Shown: in pieces, positions 50,893 to 63,430 of the stretch
How the letters are laid out: the number at the start of each line of letters is the position of its first letter
Position numbering within the stretch: the first letter of the stretch is position 1
Origin: Mytilus californianus
Taxonomy: Eukaryota
NCBI RefSeq assembly: GCF_021869535.1
Contig: NW_026262690.1
Span: 46,996,001 to 47,060,000 of the forward strand
Direction of reading: 5' to 3'
Length of the DNA stretch: 64,000 nucleotides
The notes under the pieces: model-generated
Databases searched by the model: none
Seen by the model: the letters and a program-made list of their open reading frames with translations, nothing else
Told to the model about the DNA's origin: nothing
Program-made: the position numbers and the translations under genes

Positions 50893-51344
50893 ATGTTTTT
50901 TTTTATCTTCCAATATATGGATTTAGATAGTATTCTGGACAATGCTGAAAGTGAAGAAATGCTGGTACCGACGTTTATATTTCAATAAGAAAGACAGGAA
51001 ATATATGTAAAATAAATCAAATCATCCCTATCAACTCACCAATGCACGATTGATCCTATAAATAAAAAGTGTCCGTGTTATACATGTTCAAATAAGCAGC
51101 AAATCTTGAAGAAGATCATTCAACTTATGTCACCATTTTTTGAACGATAATCTGTGATTGGATTATATTGTGACACATGTTTAATTCTGATCAACAGTGT
51201 AAGAGACATATAAAAACCTATAAGCATGAAATTTTTTTTAAAATCCAAAATATATGCCTATATATAACTAATAACAAGACAAAATCCATTTTTTCATAAC
51301 ATTTCATTCACTAATAAAATAGAAAATTCAGTCTTTTTATATAT

Positions 51345-51430
51345 TTATATTGTTATTGAATTCATATATATTGAATTTATATATATTGAATTCATATATA
51401 TTGAATTCATATATATTGAATTTATATATT
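51345..51430. repeat. 15-bp tandem repeat ATTGAATT(C/T)ATATAT
   Basis: About five copies; explains the LNSYI ORF. Confidence 0.85.
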
Positions 51431-51943
51431 TGGGAGCAAACGTACGATTTTTATTATTTTTTAAGGGGGAATGGGGAATGGAATGGCACATCCTGCATTT
51501 TTTCAACAAAAAAAGGATCAATCCTGATTATTTTAAATTTATTTTACCCCCCCCCCCCCTTTCCGTTTTTCCCCAAATAAAAATCAAATGTTAGCTTGCT
51601 TACCTGAAATCTTTTTCATACATTACTTACTTACGAAGTTGCATTTTAAAAAAGTCTCAAATGTGTACGACATTCATCTTTTACTTGACATGGTTCTTTT
51701 TTTATAAAATTAGTAGACTCTTCAATTTCTTGAAAAAAAACTCTCGGCTGAATGGAAGTGAAAAAAAAGTTTGTTTAAACTGTAACTTACATTTTCTGGT
51801 ATATGGCCATTTAAGTTTTTAATCTGTTTAGTTTTGCTACTTCTTCTAAATGCAAAATGTGTACTACTTCTTTCTTGAAACGTCGTACAAGTCAGATACA
51901 AAACAAAGGTAACAAAAAAACAGCCCGGAAACAAATTGCCGTC

Positions 51944-52026
51944 TAGTTTTTTCTACACTTGTAGCCAGGTAAAGGTCCTCGGATATCGCCACGGACCTTC
52001 ACCTGACTACTCGTGCAGAAAAACTA
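51944..52026. other. Isolated ~83-nt imperfect hairpin
   Basis: TAGTTTTTTCTACACTTGTAGCCAGGTAAAGGTCC, 14-nt loop, GGACCTTCACCTGACTACTCGTGCAGAAAAACTA. Confidence 0.7.
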
Positions 52027-52184
52027 CCTGACAACGGTTGTTACCGGCCTGTTTTTTTGTTACCTTTGTATTGTCTCTAATACAAATCGTGACCGATCAG
52101 CAGTTATAATTCACCCATGCGCTATGTACATTCGTGAGTTAATGTGTGTTCAGCCACTCATTGTTTTTTTCTATATTTGCTAGC

Positions 52185-52470
52185 ATTATCCTTTTAATTA
52201 GCTTTACGTTCCGCTATATAGATGAGGTTATCTCACTAAATAATTCAAAGTTTGGTGATTGTGTTGAACGCATATATCCTATTGAACTCGAAATAAAGAA
52301 TACATGTAAGTCTGCTTTATATCTTGACTTACTACCAGAAATTGACAATAACGGTCGACTGAGAACTAAACTTTACGACAAAAGAGATGATTTCAGCTTT
52401 GCAATTATTTTCATTTCTATGTAGCAACATTCCAGCAGCGCCTGCATATGAAGTATCTTCTCCCAGTTGT
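52185..52470 (+). pseudogene. Penelope-like (Naiad-type) RT fragment
   Basis: FTFRYIDEVISLNNSKFGDCVERIYPIELEIK...SALYLDL..EIDNNGRLRTKLYDKRDDFSF, then frameshifted SNIPAAPAY. Confidence 0.85.
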
Positions 52471-53175
52471 AAACACATATGGCTGTATAAAACGCTTAAT
52501 AAAATTAAGTGGTATTAATTGTCAGAAATGTATCGTAACACTTAATTTGTTAGATATTACCATTTTTTTATGTAAAATAACATAATTACAAATACCATGA
52601 GGTCATTAAACCAAAACATGCATACTCTGTATAATACATGAGTTTTTCAAAAGGGAGAGCCATTATGTAACACTTACACTAACGTAGAGCACCTGATTCA
52701 GAAAAAATTGAAAGCAGCAGATTGTTTCTCGGTATGTTCATATATTATGTTTTCCCAGACAGTACAAATGAAATGAAAATTCTCTAGCAATATTACGCAA
52801 GTCAATCTTTTAATGATTTCACTAAAAATTAAAATTAAAACTTTTTTCACCTTTCTATAGGAGGGAAAATTTTCTTTTTCAAGAACACATATACATTGAA
52901 TCTTATAATTTTTATATGAACAAATGGAGATTTTTGGTTTACTAATTACTTGAATGAGGGCAACACAATGACACATTTTTTTTTTGTAATATAGGTTTTG
53001 TTGTTTTTTGTATGCCTGTTGTTAGTTCTAGATGGTTTAATACTACAAATTTACTTCAGTTTTTGTCTTTCCAAAATTTAGACTTCAATGCCACTTGAAT
53101 AATTAAACATTAACTAGACCAAGTTAGTCTATTTAGACAATACAGGTGGTGTTCGTTGTCTTTGTTTGCACGTAT

Positions 53176-56100
53176 GTTTTTCTAGGAGTCGGGTGTTGGT
53201 GGTTGGTATGACATGTTGTACTATCGTCTGTTTTTCTAGGAATCGGGTGTTGGGTTTTTGGTATGACATGTTGTACTATCGTCTTTATTTTTTGGAGTCG
53301 GGTGTTGGTGGTTGGTATGACATGTTGTACTATCGTCTGTTTTTCTAGGAGTCTGGTGTTGGGTTTTTGGTATGTTATGTTGTACTATCGTCTTTATTTT
53401 CAGGAGTCGGGTGTTGGTGGTTGGTATGATATGTTATACTATCGTCTGTTTTTCTAGGAGTCGAGTGTTAATGGTTGGTATGATATGCTGTACTATCGTC
53501 TGTTTTTCTTAAAGTCGGGTGTTGGTGGTTGGTATGAAATGTTGTGCTTTCGTCTGTATTTCTAGGAATCGGGTATTGGTGGTTGGTATGACATGTTGTA
53601 CTATCGTCTGTTTTTCTAGGAGTCTGGTGTTGGGTTTTTGGTATGACATGTTGTACTATCGTCTTTATTTTCGGGAGTCGGGTGTTGGTGGTTGGTATGA
53701 CATGTTGTACTATCGTCTGTTTTTCTAGGAGTCTGGTGTTGGGTTTTTGGTATGTTATGTTGTACTATCGTCTTTATTTTCAGGAGTCGGGTGTTGGTGG
53801 TTGGTATGATATGTTATACTATCGTCTGTTTTTTTAGGAGTCGAGTGTTAATGGTTGGTATGATATGCTGTACTATCGTCTGTTTTTCTTTAAGTCGGGT
53901 GTTGGTGGTTGGTATGATATATATTGTACTATCGTCTCTTTTTTGCTAGGAGTCGGGTGTTGGTGGTTAATATGATATGTTGTGCTATCGTCTGTATTTC
54001 TAGGAGTCGGGTGTTGGTGGTTGGTATGATATATTGTGCTATCGTCTCTTTTTTGCTAGGAGTCGGGTGTTGGTGGTTAATATGATATGTTGTACTATCG
54101 TCTGTATTTCTAGGAGTCGGGTGTTGGTGGTTGGTATGAAATGTTGTGCTATCGTCTGTATTTCTAGGAGTCGGGTGTTGGTGGTTGGTATGATATGTTA
54201 TACTATCGTCTGTTTTTCTAGGAGTCGAGTGTTAATGTTTGGTATGATATGCTGTACTATCGTCTGTTTTTCTTTAAGTCGGGTGTTGGTGGTTAATATG
54301 ATATATTATACTATCGTCTGTATTTCTAGGAGTCGGGTGTTGGTGGTTGGTATGAAATGTTGTACTATCGTCTGTATTTCTAGGAGTCGGGTGTTGGTGG
54401 TTGGTATGACATGTTGTACTATCGTCTGTATTTCTAGGAGTCGGGTGTTGGTGGTTGGTATGATATGTTATACTATCGTCTGTTTTTATATAAGTCGGGT
54501 TTTGGTGGTTGGTATGACATGTTGTGCTATCGTCTGTATTTCTAGGAGTCGGGTGTTGGTGGATGGTATGACATGTTGTGCTTTCGTCTGTATTTCTAGG
54601 AGTCGGGTGTTGGTGGTTGGTATAACATGTTGTACTCTCGTCTGTATTTCTAAGAGTCGGGTGTTGGTGGTTGGTATGACATGTTGTGCTATCGTCTGTT
54701 TTTCTAAGAGTCGGGTGTTGGTGGTTGGTATGACATGTTGTACTATCGTCTGTATTTCTAAGAGTCGGGTGTTGGTGGTTGGTATGACATGTTGTGCTAT
54801 CGTCTGTATTTTTAGGAGTCGGATGTTGGTGGTTGGTATGAAATGTTGTGCTATCGTCTGTATTTCTAGGAGTCGGGTGTTGGTGGTTGGTATGACATGT
54901 TGTGCTATCGTCTGTATTTCTAGGAGTCGGGTGTTGGTGGTTGGTATGATATGTTGTACTATCGTCTGTTTTTCAATAAGTCGGGTGTTGGTGGTTGGTA
55001 TACTATGTTGTACTATCGTCTGTATTTCTAGGAGTTGGGTGTTGGTGGTTGGTATGACATGTTGTGCTATCGTCTGTTTTTATAGGAGTCGAGTGTTGGT
55101 GGTTGGTACGACATGTTGTACTATCGTTTGTTTTTCTAGGAGTCGGGTGTTGGTGGTTGGTATGATATGTTGTACTATTGTCTGTTTTTTTCAGTAAACG
55201 GGTGTTGGTGGTTGGTACGACATGTTATACTATCGTCTGTTTTTTATAGGAATCTGGTGTTGGTGTTGGTGTTGGTATGATATGTTGTACTGTCGTCTGT
55301 TTATGTAGAAGTCGGGTGTTGGTGGTAGGAAGTATGACATGTTGTACTATCGTCTGGTTTTTCTTCAGGAGTCGGGTGTTGGTGGTTAGTATGTTATGTT
55401 GTACTATCGTCTGCATTTCTAGGAGTCGGGTGTTGGTGGTTGGTATAACATGTTGTACTATCGTCTGTATTTCTAAGAGTCGGGTGTTGGTGGTTGGTAT
55501 GACATGTTGTGCTATCGTCTGTATTTTTAGGAGTCGGGTGTTGGTGGTTGGTATGAAATGTTGTGCTATCGTCTGTATTTCTAGGAGTCGGGTGTTGGTG
55601 GTTGGTATGACATGTTGTGCTATCGTCTGTATTTCTAGGAGTCGGGTGTTGGTGGTTGGTATGAAATGTTGTGCTATCGTCTGTATTTCTAGGAGTCGAG
55701 TGTTGGTGGTTGGTATGACATGTTGTGCTATCGTCTGTTTTTCTAGGAATCGGGTGTTGGTGGTTGGTATAGCATGTTGTACTATCTTCTGTTTTTCTAG
55801 GAGTCGGGTGTTGGTGGTTGGTACGACATATTGTACTATCGTCTGTTTTTCTAGGAGTCGGGTGTTGGTGGTTGGTACGACATATTGTACTATCGTCTGT
55901 TTTTCAATAAGTCGGGTGTTGGTGGTTGGTATACTATGTTGTACTATCGTCTGTATTTCTAGGAGTCGGGTGTTGGTGGTTGGTATGATATGTTGAACTA
56001 TCGTTTGTTTTTTTCAGGAGTCGGGTGTTTGTGGTTGGTACGACATATTGTACTATCGTCTGTTTTTCAATAAGTCGGGTGTAAGTGGTTGGTATACTAG

Positions 56101-59100
56101 GTTGTACTATCGTCTGTATTTCTAGGAGTCGGGTGTTGGTGGTTGGTATGAAATGTTGTGCTTTCGTCTGTATTTCTAGGAGTCGGGTGTTGGTGGTTGG
56201 TATGACATATTGTACTATCGTCTGTTTTTCAATAAGTCGGGTGTTGGTGGTTGGTATACTATGTTATACTATCGTCTGTATTTCTAGGAGTCGGGTGTTG
56301 GTGGTTGGTATGACATGTTGTACTATCGTCTGTATTTCTAGGAGTCGGGTGTTGGTGGTTGGTATGAAATGTTGTGCTGTCGTCTGTATTTCTAGGAGTC
56401 GGGTGTTGGTGGTTGGTATGACATGTTGTACTATTTTCTGTATTTCTAGGAGTCGGGTGTTGGTGGTTGGTATGATATGTTGTACTATCGTCTGTTTTTA
56501 TATAAGTCGGGTGTTGGTGATTGGTATGACATGTTGTGCTATCGTCTGTATTTCTAGGAGTCGGGTGTTGGTGGTTGGTGCGACATATTGTACTATCGTC
56601 TGTTTTTATATAAGTCGGGTGTTGGTGGTTGGTATGACATGTTGTGCTATCGTCTGTATTTCTAGGAGTCGGGTGTTGGTGGTTGGTATGACATGTTGTG
56701 CTATCGTCTGTATTTCTAGGAGTCGGGTGTTGGTGGTTGGTATAACATGTTGTACTATCGTCTGTAGTTCTAAGAGTCGGGTGTTGGTGGTTGGTATGAC
56801 ATGTTGTGCTATCGTCTGTATTTCTAAGAGTCGGGTGTTGGTGGTTGATATGACATGTTGTACTATCGTCTGTATTTCTAAGAGTCGGGTGTTGGTGGTT
56901 GGTATAACATGTTGTACTATCGTCTGTATTTCTAGGAGTCGGGTGTTGGTGGTTGGTATGACATGTTGTGCTATCGTCTGTATTTCTAGGAGTCGGGTGT
57001 TGGTGGTTGGTATGGAATGTTGTGCTATCGTCTGTATTTCTAGGAGTCGGGTGTTGGTGGTTGGTATGACATGTTGTGCTATCGTCTGGATTTCTAGGAG
57101 TCGGGTGTTGGTGGTTGGTATGACATGTTGTGCTATCGTCTGTATTTCTAGGAGTCGGGTGTTGGTGGTTGGTATGACATGTTGTGCTATCGTCTGTTTT
57201 TCTAGGAGTCGGGTGTTGGTGGTTGGTACGACATATTGTACTATCGTCTGTTTTTCAATAAGTCGGGTGTTGGTGGTTGGTATACCATGTTGTACTATCG
57301 TCTGTATTTCTAGGAGTTGGGTGTTGGTGGTTGGTATGATATGTTGAACTATCGTCTGGTTTTTTTCAGGAGTCGGGTGTTTGTGGTTGGTACGACATGT
57401 TGTACTATCGTCTGTTTTTCAATAAGTCGGGTGTTGGTGGTTGGTATACTAGGTTGTACTATCGTCTGTATTTCTAGGAGTTGGGTGTTGGTGGTTGGTA
57501 TGCCATGTTGTGCTATCGTCTGTTTTTCTAGGAGTCGGGTGTTGGTGGTTGGTACGACATGTTGTACTATCGTTTGTTTTTCTAGGAGTCGGGTGTTTGT
57601 GGTTGGTATGATGTGTTGTACTATTGTCTGTTTTTTTCAGTAGTCGGGTGTTGGTGGTTGGTACGACATGTTATACTATCGTCTGTTTATTATAGGAATC
57701 TGATGTTGGTGTTGGTATGATATGTTGTACTGTCGTCTGTTTATCTAGTAGTCGGGTGTTGGTGGTAGGTATGACATGTTGTACTATCGTCTGGTTTGTT
57801 TCAGGAGTCGGGTGTTGGTGGTTGGTATGTTATGTTGTACTATCGTCTGCATTTCTAGGAGTCGGGTGTTGGTGGTTGGTATAACATGTTGTACTATCGT
57901 CTGTATTTCTAAGAGTCGGGTGTTGGTGGTTGGTATGAGATGTTGTGCTATCGTCTGTATTTCTAGGAGTCGGGTGTTGGTGGTTGGTATGAAATGTTGT
58001 GCTATCGTCTGTATTTCTAGGAGTCGGGTGTTGGTGGTTGGTATGACATGGTGTGCTATCGTCTGTATTTCTAGGAGTCGGGTGTTGGTGGTTGGTATGA
58101 CATGTTGAACTATCGTCTGTATTTCTAGGAGTCGGGTGTTGGTGGTTGGTATGACATGTTGTGCTATCGTCTGTTTTTCTAGGAATCGGGTGTTGGTGGT
58201 TGGTATAACATGTTGTACTATCTTCTGTTTTTCTAGGAGTCGGGTGTTGGTGGTTGGTACGACATATTGTACTATCGTCTGTTTTTTCTAGGAGTCGGGT
58301 GTTGGTGGTTGGTACGACATATTGTACTATCGTCTGTTTTTCTAGGAGTCGGGTGTTGGTGGTTGGTATACTATGGTGTACTATCGTCTGTATTTCTAGG
58401 AGTTGGGTGTTGGTGTTTGGTATGATATGTTGAACTATCGTCTGTTTTTTTCAGGAGTCGGGTGTTTGTGGTTGGTACGACATATTGTACTATCGTCTGT
58501 TTTTCAATAAGTCGGGTGTTGGTGGTTGGTATACTATGTTGTACTATCGTCTGTATTTCTAGGAGTCGGGTGTTGGTGGTTGGTATGAAATGTTGTTCTA
58601 TCGTCTGTATTTCTAGGAGTCGGGTGTTGGTGGTTGGTATGACATGTTGTGCTATCGTCTGTATTTCTAGGAGTCGGGTGTTGGTGGTTGGTATGACATG
58701 TTGTGCTATCGTCTGTTTTTCTAGGAATCGGGTGTTGGTGGTTGGTATAACATGTTGTACTATCTTCTGTTTTCCTAGGAGTCGGGTGTTGGTGGTTGGT
58801 ACGACATATTGTACTATCGTCTGTTTTTCTAGGAGTCGGGTGTTGGTGGTTGGTACGACATATTGTACTATCGTCTGTTTTTCAATAAGTCGGGTGTTGG
58901 TGGTTGGTATACTATGTTGTACTATCGTCTGTATTTCTAGGAGTCGGGTGTTGGTGGTTGGTATGAAATGTTGTGCTATCGTCTGTATTTCTAGGAGTCG
59001 GGTGTTGGTGGTTGGTATGACATGTTGTGCTATCGTCTGTATTTCTAGGAGTCGGGTGTTGGTGGTTGGTATGACATGTTGTGCTATCGTCTGTATTTCT

Positions 59101-60065
59101 AGGAGTCGGGTGTTTGTGGTTGGTATGACATGTTGTGCTATCGTCTGTTTTTCTAGGAATCGGGTGTTGGTGGTTGGTATAACATGTTGTACTTTCTTCT
59201 GTTTTTCTAGGAGTCGGGTGTTGGTGGTTGGTACGACATATTGTACTATCGTCTGTTTTTCTAGGAGGTGGGTGTTGGTGGTTGGTACGACATATTGTAC
59301 TATCGTCTGTTTTTCAATAAGTCTGGTGTTGGTGGTTGGTATACTATGTTGTACTATCGTCTGTATTTCTAGGAGTTGGGTGTTGGTGGTTGGTATGATA
59401 TGTTGAACTATCGTCTGTTTTTTTCAGGAGTCGGGTGTTTGTGGTTGGTACGACATATTGTACTATCGTCTGTTTTTCAATAAGTCGGGTGTTGGTGGTT
59501 GGTATACTATGTTGTACTATCGTCTGTATTTCTAGGAGTCGGGTGTTGGTGGTTGGTATGAAATGTTGTGCTATCGTCTGTATTTCTAGGAGTCTGGTGT
59601 TGGTGGTTGGTATGACATGTTGTGCTATCGTCTGTTTTTCTAGGAGTCGGGTGTTGGTGGTTGGTACGACATGTTGTACTATCGTTTGTTTTTCTAGGAG
59701 TCGGGTGTTGGTGGTTGGTATGATATGTTGTACTATTGTCTGTTTTTTTCAGTAGTCGGGTGTTGGTGGTTGGTACGACATGTTATACTATCGTCTGTTT
59801 TTTATAGGAATCTGGTGTTGGTGTTGGTATGGTATGTTGTACTGTCGTCTGTTTATGTAGTAGTCGGGTGTTGGTGGTAGGTATGACATGTTGTACTATC
59901 GTCTGGTTTTTTTTCAGGAGCCGGGTATTGGTGGTTGGTATGATATGTTGTACTATCGTCTGCATTTCTAGGAGTCGGGTGTTGGTGGTTGGTATGATAT
60001 GTTATACTATCGTCTGTTTTTATATAAGTCGGGTGTTGGTGGTTGGTATGCCATGTTGTACTATC
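53176..60065. repeat. 54-bp G/T-rich minisatellite, ~6.9 kb (~127 units)
   Basis: Consensus CTAGGAGTCGGGTGTTGGTGGTTGGTATGACATGTTGTGCTATCGTCTGTATTT; variant blocks recur near 55190, 57630 and 59740. Confidence 0.97.
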
Positions 60066-60644
60066 AAATAATTTCGGTAATTCCCGTTATCCTTTTGTTT
60101 TAATTATTTGTTTTCTTTTTCTTTTTTATTACTTGTTTTAAACGTGTTAATCCTATTTAATCAAATTTTAACTATAATATCCATCATTCTGCTGTGACAA
60201 ACCGGATGAATCAAAGAAAGTGACTTTGCAAAATGTACAAGGAAGAGTTTTAAAAATACATTGTGCATCTAAGCATCACATGTCTCTATTGACATTACGA
60301 CAATGAGTTGGTTGGATGTTCGGTTTAAAATAAGAACCCATGTGGCTGTGGTAGTGGAGTTTAAATAACACGAAGTTCATTACTCTGTGAAAGTCGATCA
60401 AAAGCTTCATATTTACGATAAAAACTTATTCTCTATGTCTAATTCAATGACATGTTTGATTTTCTTTTAGCTACAATAGAGAAAAAATAATTGTATCTCT
60501 TTTTGAATAAAAATTCTTTAATCAAACAATTACAGAAGCTATTCGCTTATCAATATTTTGAGTGGCTTTTCATTATAGCTCTAATTCCTTCTCCACACAG
60601 AATTTAATACATTTTGTAAAGTTTTGCGTTCGTGGTCTAACAAA

Positions 60645-61030
60645 TTATAGTACTTTATTCCCTTTCATTCCATCTAGTAAATGTTATAGTCCTTTTCATT
60701 CCACCAAGTAAATCTTAATAAAGTCAACTTTAATTCCATCTAGTAAGTGTTATAGCCCCCATTCCCCCTTTATTATATCTAGTAAATTTTATAGTCCCCT
60801 TTCCCCCTTTCGTTCCATCTAGTAAATGTTATAGTCCACTATTCCCCTTTAATTCTATCTACTAAATGTTATAGTTTCCTTTCATTCCATCAAGTAGATG
60901 TTATAGTCCACCTTTTTCCCTTTCATTCCATCTAGTAGATGTTATAGTCCACCTTTTCCCCTTTCATTCCATCAAGTAGATGTTATAGTCCACCTTTTCC
61001 CCTTTCATTCCATCTAGTAATTGATAAAAG
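60645..61030. repeat. Tandem repeat with 31- and 41-bp unit variants
   Basis: TTATAGTCC...TTTCATTCCATC(T/A)AGTA(A/G)ATG, about 10 copies. Confidence 0.85.
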
Positions 61031-61319
61031 TCCACTTTAAACTTTAGTTAGAGGTTATATTTAATAGAACTTCCTAGTCTAACTAAATCGTTAATGATGG
61101 AGTCAAGCAGTGGAAGCAGAAAATCCTAATAAACATCATCATTGTTAGAGGAGCCTTCTTTCACATCGATGCATGAACTTCGATATGATGTCTATCGAAA
61201 TACAGATTGCCATTAAGTGCACGTATGATTAGTTCATAATTTCCCTCACCGCAAACTTTAACGAATCTCACTCTGTAAAGTTTCCTCTCTGACTATAGAG
61301 GGAAAAATTATCACTGAAA

Positions 61320-61450
61320 CTCACATCATCAAGCTACTTGATGTTTTGATTATCAATATATTTGTTCGGTGGTCAATGGCCATCGGTATCCTTATTGGAG
61401 TAAGCTTAACACTTCTGTTAGCCGATATGTTCTTTTATTCATTTTAGGTA
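61320..61450 (+). pseudogene. Highly degraded Penelope-like RT fragment
   Basis: IKLLDVLIINIFVR...AIGILIG...LLADMFFYSF is similar to 10208-10330. Confidence 0.55.
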
Positions 61451-61759
61451 GACTGCAGGGCCTTCGCTTAAAAATAAAGATGTCGGTTGATTGATGTTCG
61501 AGTAACGTTGCATTGTGGCAAAAAGCCATATGATCGCACGGGGTGATGGGATTTCATGTTTTATAGATAGGACAAATGCTCGTTTATCATACTTACATAA
61601 AATCTACATTATATGTAAGTAATACCATTTGAACTTAACATTTACTTTATATATTGTGTCATTTCACCGAACAAGTATAAAAAAAAAAAAAAAGTGATAT
61701 TACTTATACCTAATTATGACAGATACCTTTAATAAAATACAATAACAAAATTAGAGGGA

Positions 61760-62900
61760 ATACACCGTCGTCAGTCATAAAGTCGACACCATTCGTCCCG
61801 TTGGCTGATATAGTCTAACGTTTGGTTTTGTCAGGTTTTATGGACTTCATCCTTTTTTTAATTTACCTTGGAGTCGGTATTTTTGTCAATAGTATTTTTT
61901 TTTATTCACCAAACTCTAAATTGTTCCGAGTTAACATCCAGAGGGTAATATACCGTCGTCAGTCATAGAATAAAGGCGATACCATGCATTGCATCGAGCT
62001 TGAAACTGTTCCAAGTAAACATCTAGACAGTAACATATACCGTCGTCATAGAATAAAGTTCCTGAGGGTTTAATACTGTAGTCAGTCATAGAATAAAGGC
62101 GATACCATACATCAAGCTTTAAACTGTTCCAACTGAACACCCAGAGGGTAACATAAACCGTCGTCAGTCATAGAATAAAGGCGATACCATACACCAAACT
62201 CTAAATTGTTCCGAGTTAACATCCAGAGGGTCACATACCGTCGTCAGTCAAAGAAAAAAGGCGGTATCATACACCAAGCTATTTTAATTGGCCAGAGTAA
62301 ACATCCAGAGTGTAACATATACCGTCGCCAGTCAGAGAATAAAATCGATACTATATAACATTAAGTCACTGATGAGTCTTTTGTAGACGAAACGCGCGTC
62401 TGGCGCAAATACAAAATTTCAATCCTGGTATCTATGATGAGTGTATTCTAAATGTTTCCGAATTAACATCCAGACAGAAACATTTATCGTTCCAACTTCA
62501 CACCCAGAGGGTAACCTATACCGTCGTCAGTCATAGAATAAAATTCCAGAGGATAACATACCGTATTCAGTCATAGAATAAAGGCGATACCATACACATG
62601 CTCTAAATTGTTCCCAGTTAATATCCAGAGGGTAACATATACCGTCGTCAGTCATGAAATACCGAACTCTAAGGAAAATTCAAAACGGAAAGTCCCTTAT
62701 CAAATGGCTTAATCAAAAGCTCAAACACATCAAACGAATGGAAAACAACTGTCATATTCCTGACTTGGTACAGGCATTTCCTTATGTATAAAATAAAGGC
62801 GATACCATACACCAAGTTTTAAATTGTTCCGAGTTAATATCCAGAGGGTAACATGTACCGTTATCAGTCATAGAATAGAGTCGATACAATACATCAAATC
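61760..62900. repeat. ~80-bp tandem array interrupted by two foreign inserts
   Basis: AAACTCTAAATTGTTCCGAGTTAACATCCAGAGGGTAACATATACCGTCGTCAGTCATAGAATAAAGGCGATACC units; inserts at ~62356-62442 and ~62660-62790. Confidence 0.85.
62365..62404 (+). ncRNA. Type I hammerhead ribozyme, canonical core
   Basis: GUCA-CUGAUGA-GUCU(UUUGU)AGAC-GAAA-C(GCGC)G-UC/UGGC. Stem I GUCA/UGGC, palindromic stem III ACGCGCGU, GUC triplet with predicted cut after 62400. Confidence 0.9.
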
Positions 62901-62904
62901 AGGC

Positions 62905-63080
62905 TGTTGGTTATCTCATTTGAATTGTTTTACATTTTGTTATGTAAGAGCCTTGTATTGATTGCTATGCGATATTGGTTATGTTCATTGTTGAAGGCCT
63001 TACGACGACATACGTCATTTGGTCTCTTATCGATAGTTGTCTCATTGGCAATCATACCTTATCAATCTCCTTATTTTACA
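62905..63080 (-). repeat. Abundant interspersed repeat copy
   Basis: GTTGTCTCATTGGCAATCATACC and upstream match the family. Confidence 0.75.
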
Positions 63081-63341
63081 TCAAGCTTTTAATATTTCAT
63101 TCAGACTGAGTTCTAACAGGTCTGCCAATAACAACAGTTATTTAAAGTACCTTTCTTCAAGAGACAGCTGTATTCTAGTTCTTTAATATTATTTTATTTA
63201 TATTTTCACAGCCACGACGAAGGTTCAAAATCTTTATAATATTCATCTAACCTTGTGCCCCAATTACAATTAAAAGTGGTTAGTCATGTATAGGAAACAT
63301 TAAGTAAGCGGCTACATTCAAGTTTTGAAATTTGTTTTATA

Positions 63342-63430
63342 TAGTGTTGTCAACGATTAACCGGTTAATATTAACCGTTGGAAGGACCGAATATCGAATA
63401 CCAAAAACGCTAACCGGTTAACCGAACCTT
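63342..63430 (+). mobile_element. Possible left end of a hAT-like element
   Basis: TAGTGTTGTCAACGATTAACCGGTTAA start with repeated AACCGGTTAA subterminal motifs; the other end is not in the window. Confidence 0.3.

Noticed and set aside
52840-52920. ATA GAA AG|gtgaa, a candidate phase-2 donor for the missing TM3 exon
   Set aside because: The upstream frame (VFLKKKIFPPIER) is not a transmembrane helix.
54034-60071. Long Cys/Val-rich ORFs (up to 420 aa) of SRSRVLVVGMTCCAIVCI repeats
   Set aside because: They result from a 54-bp unit divisible by 3. Two minus-strand frames are also stop-free in the consensus, indels break the frames repeatedly, and there are no splice or domain signals.
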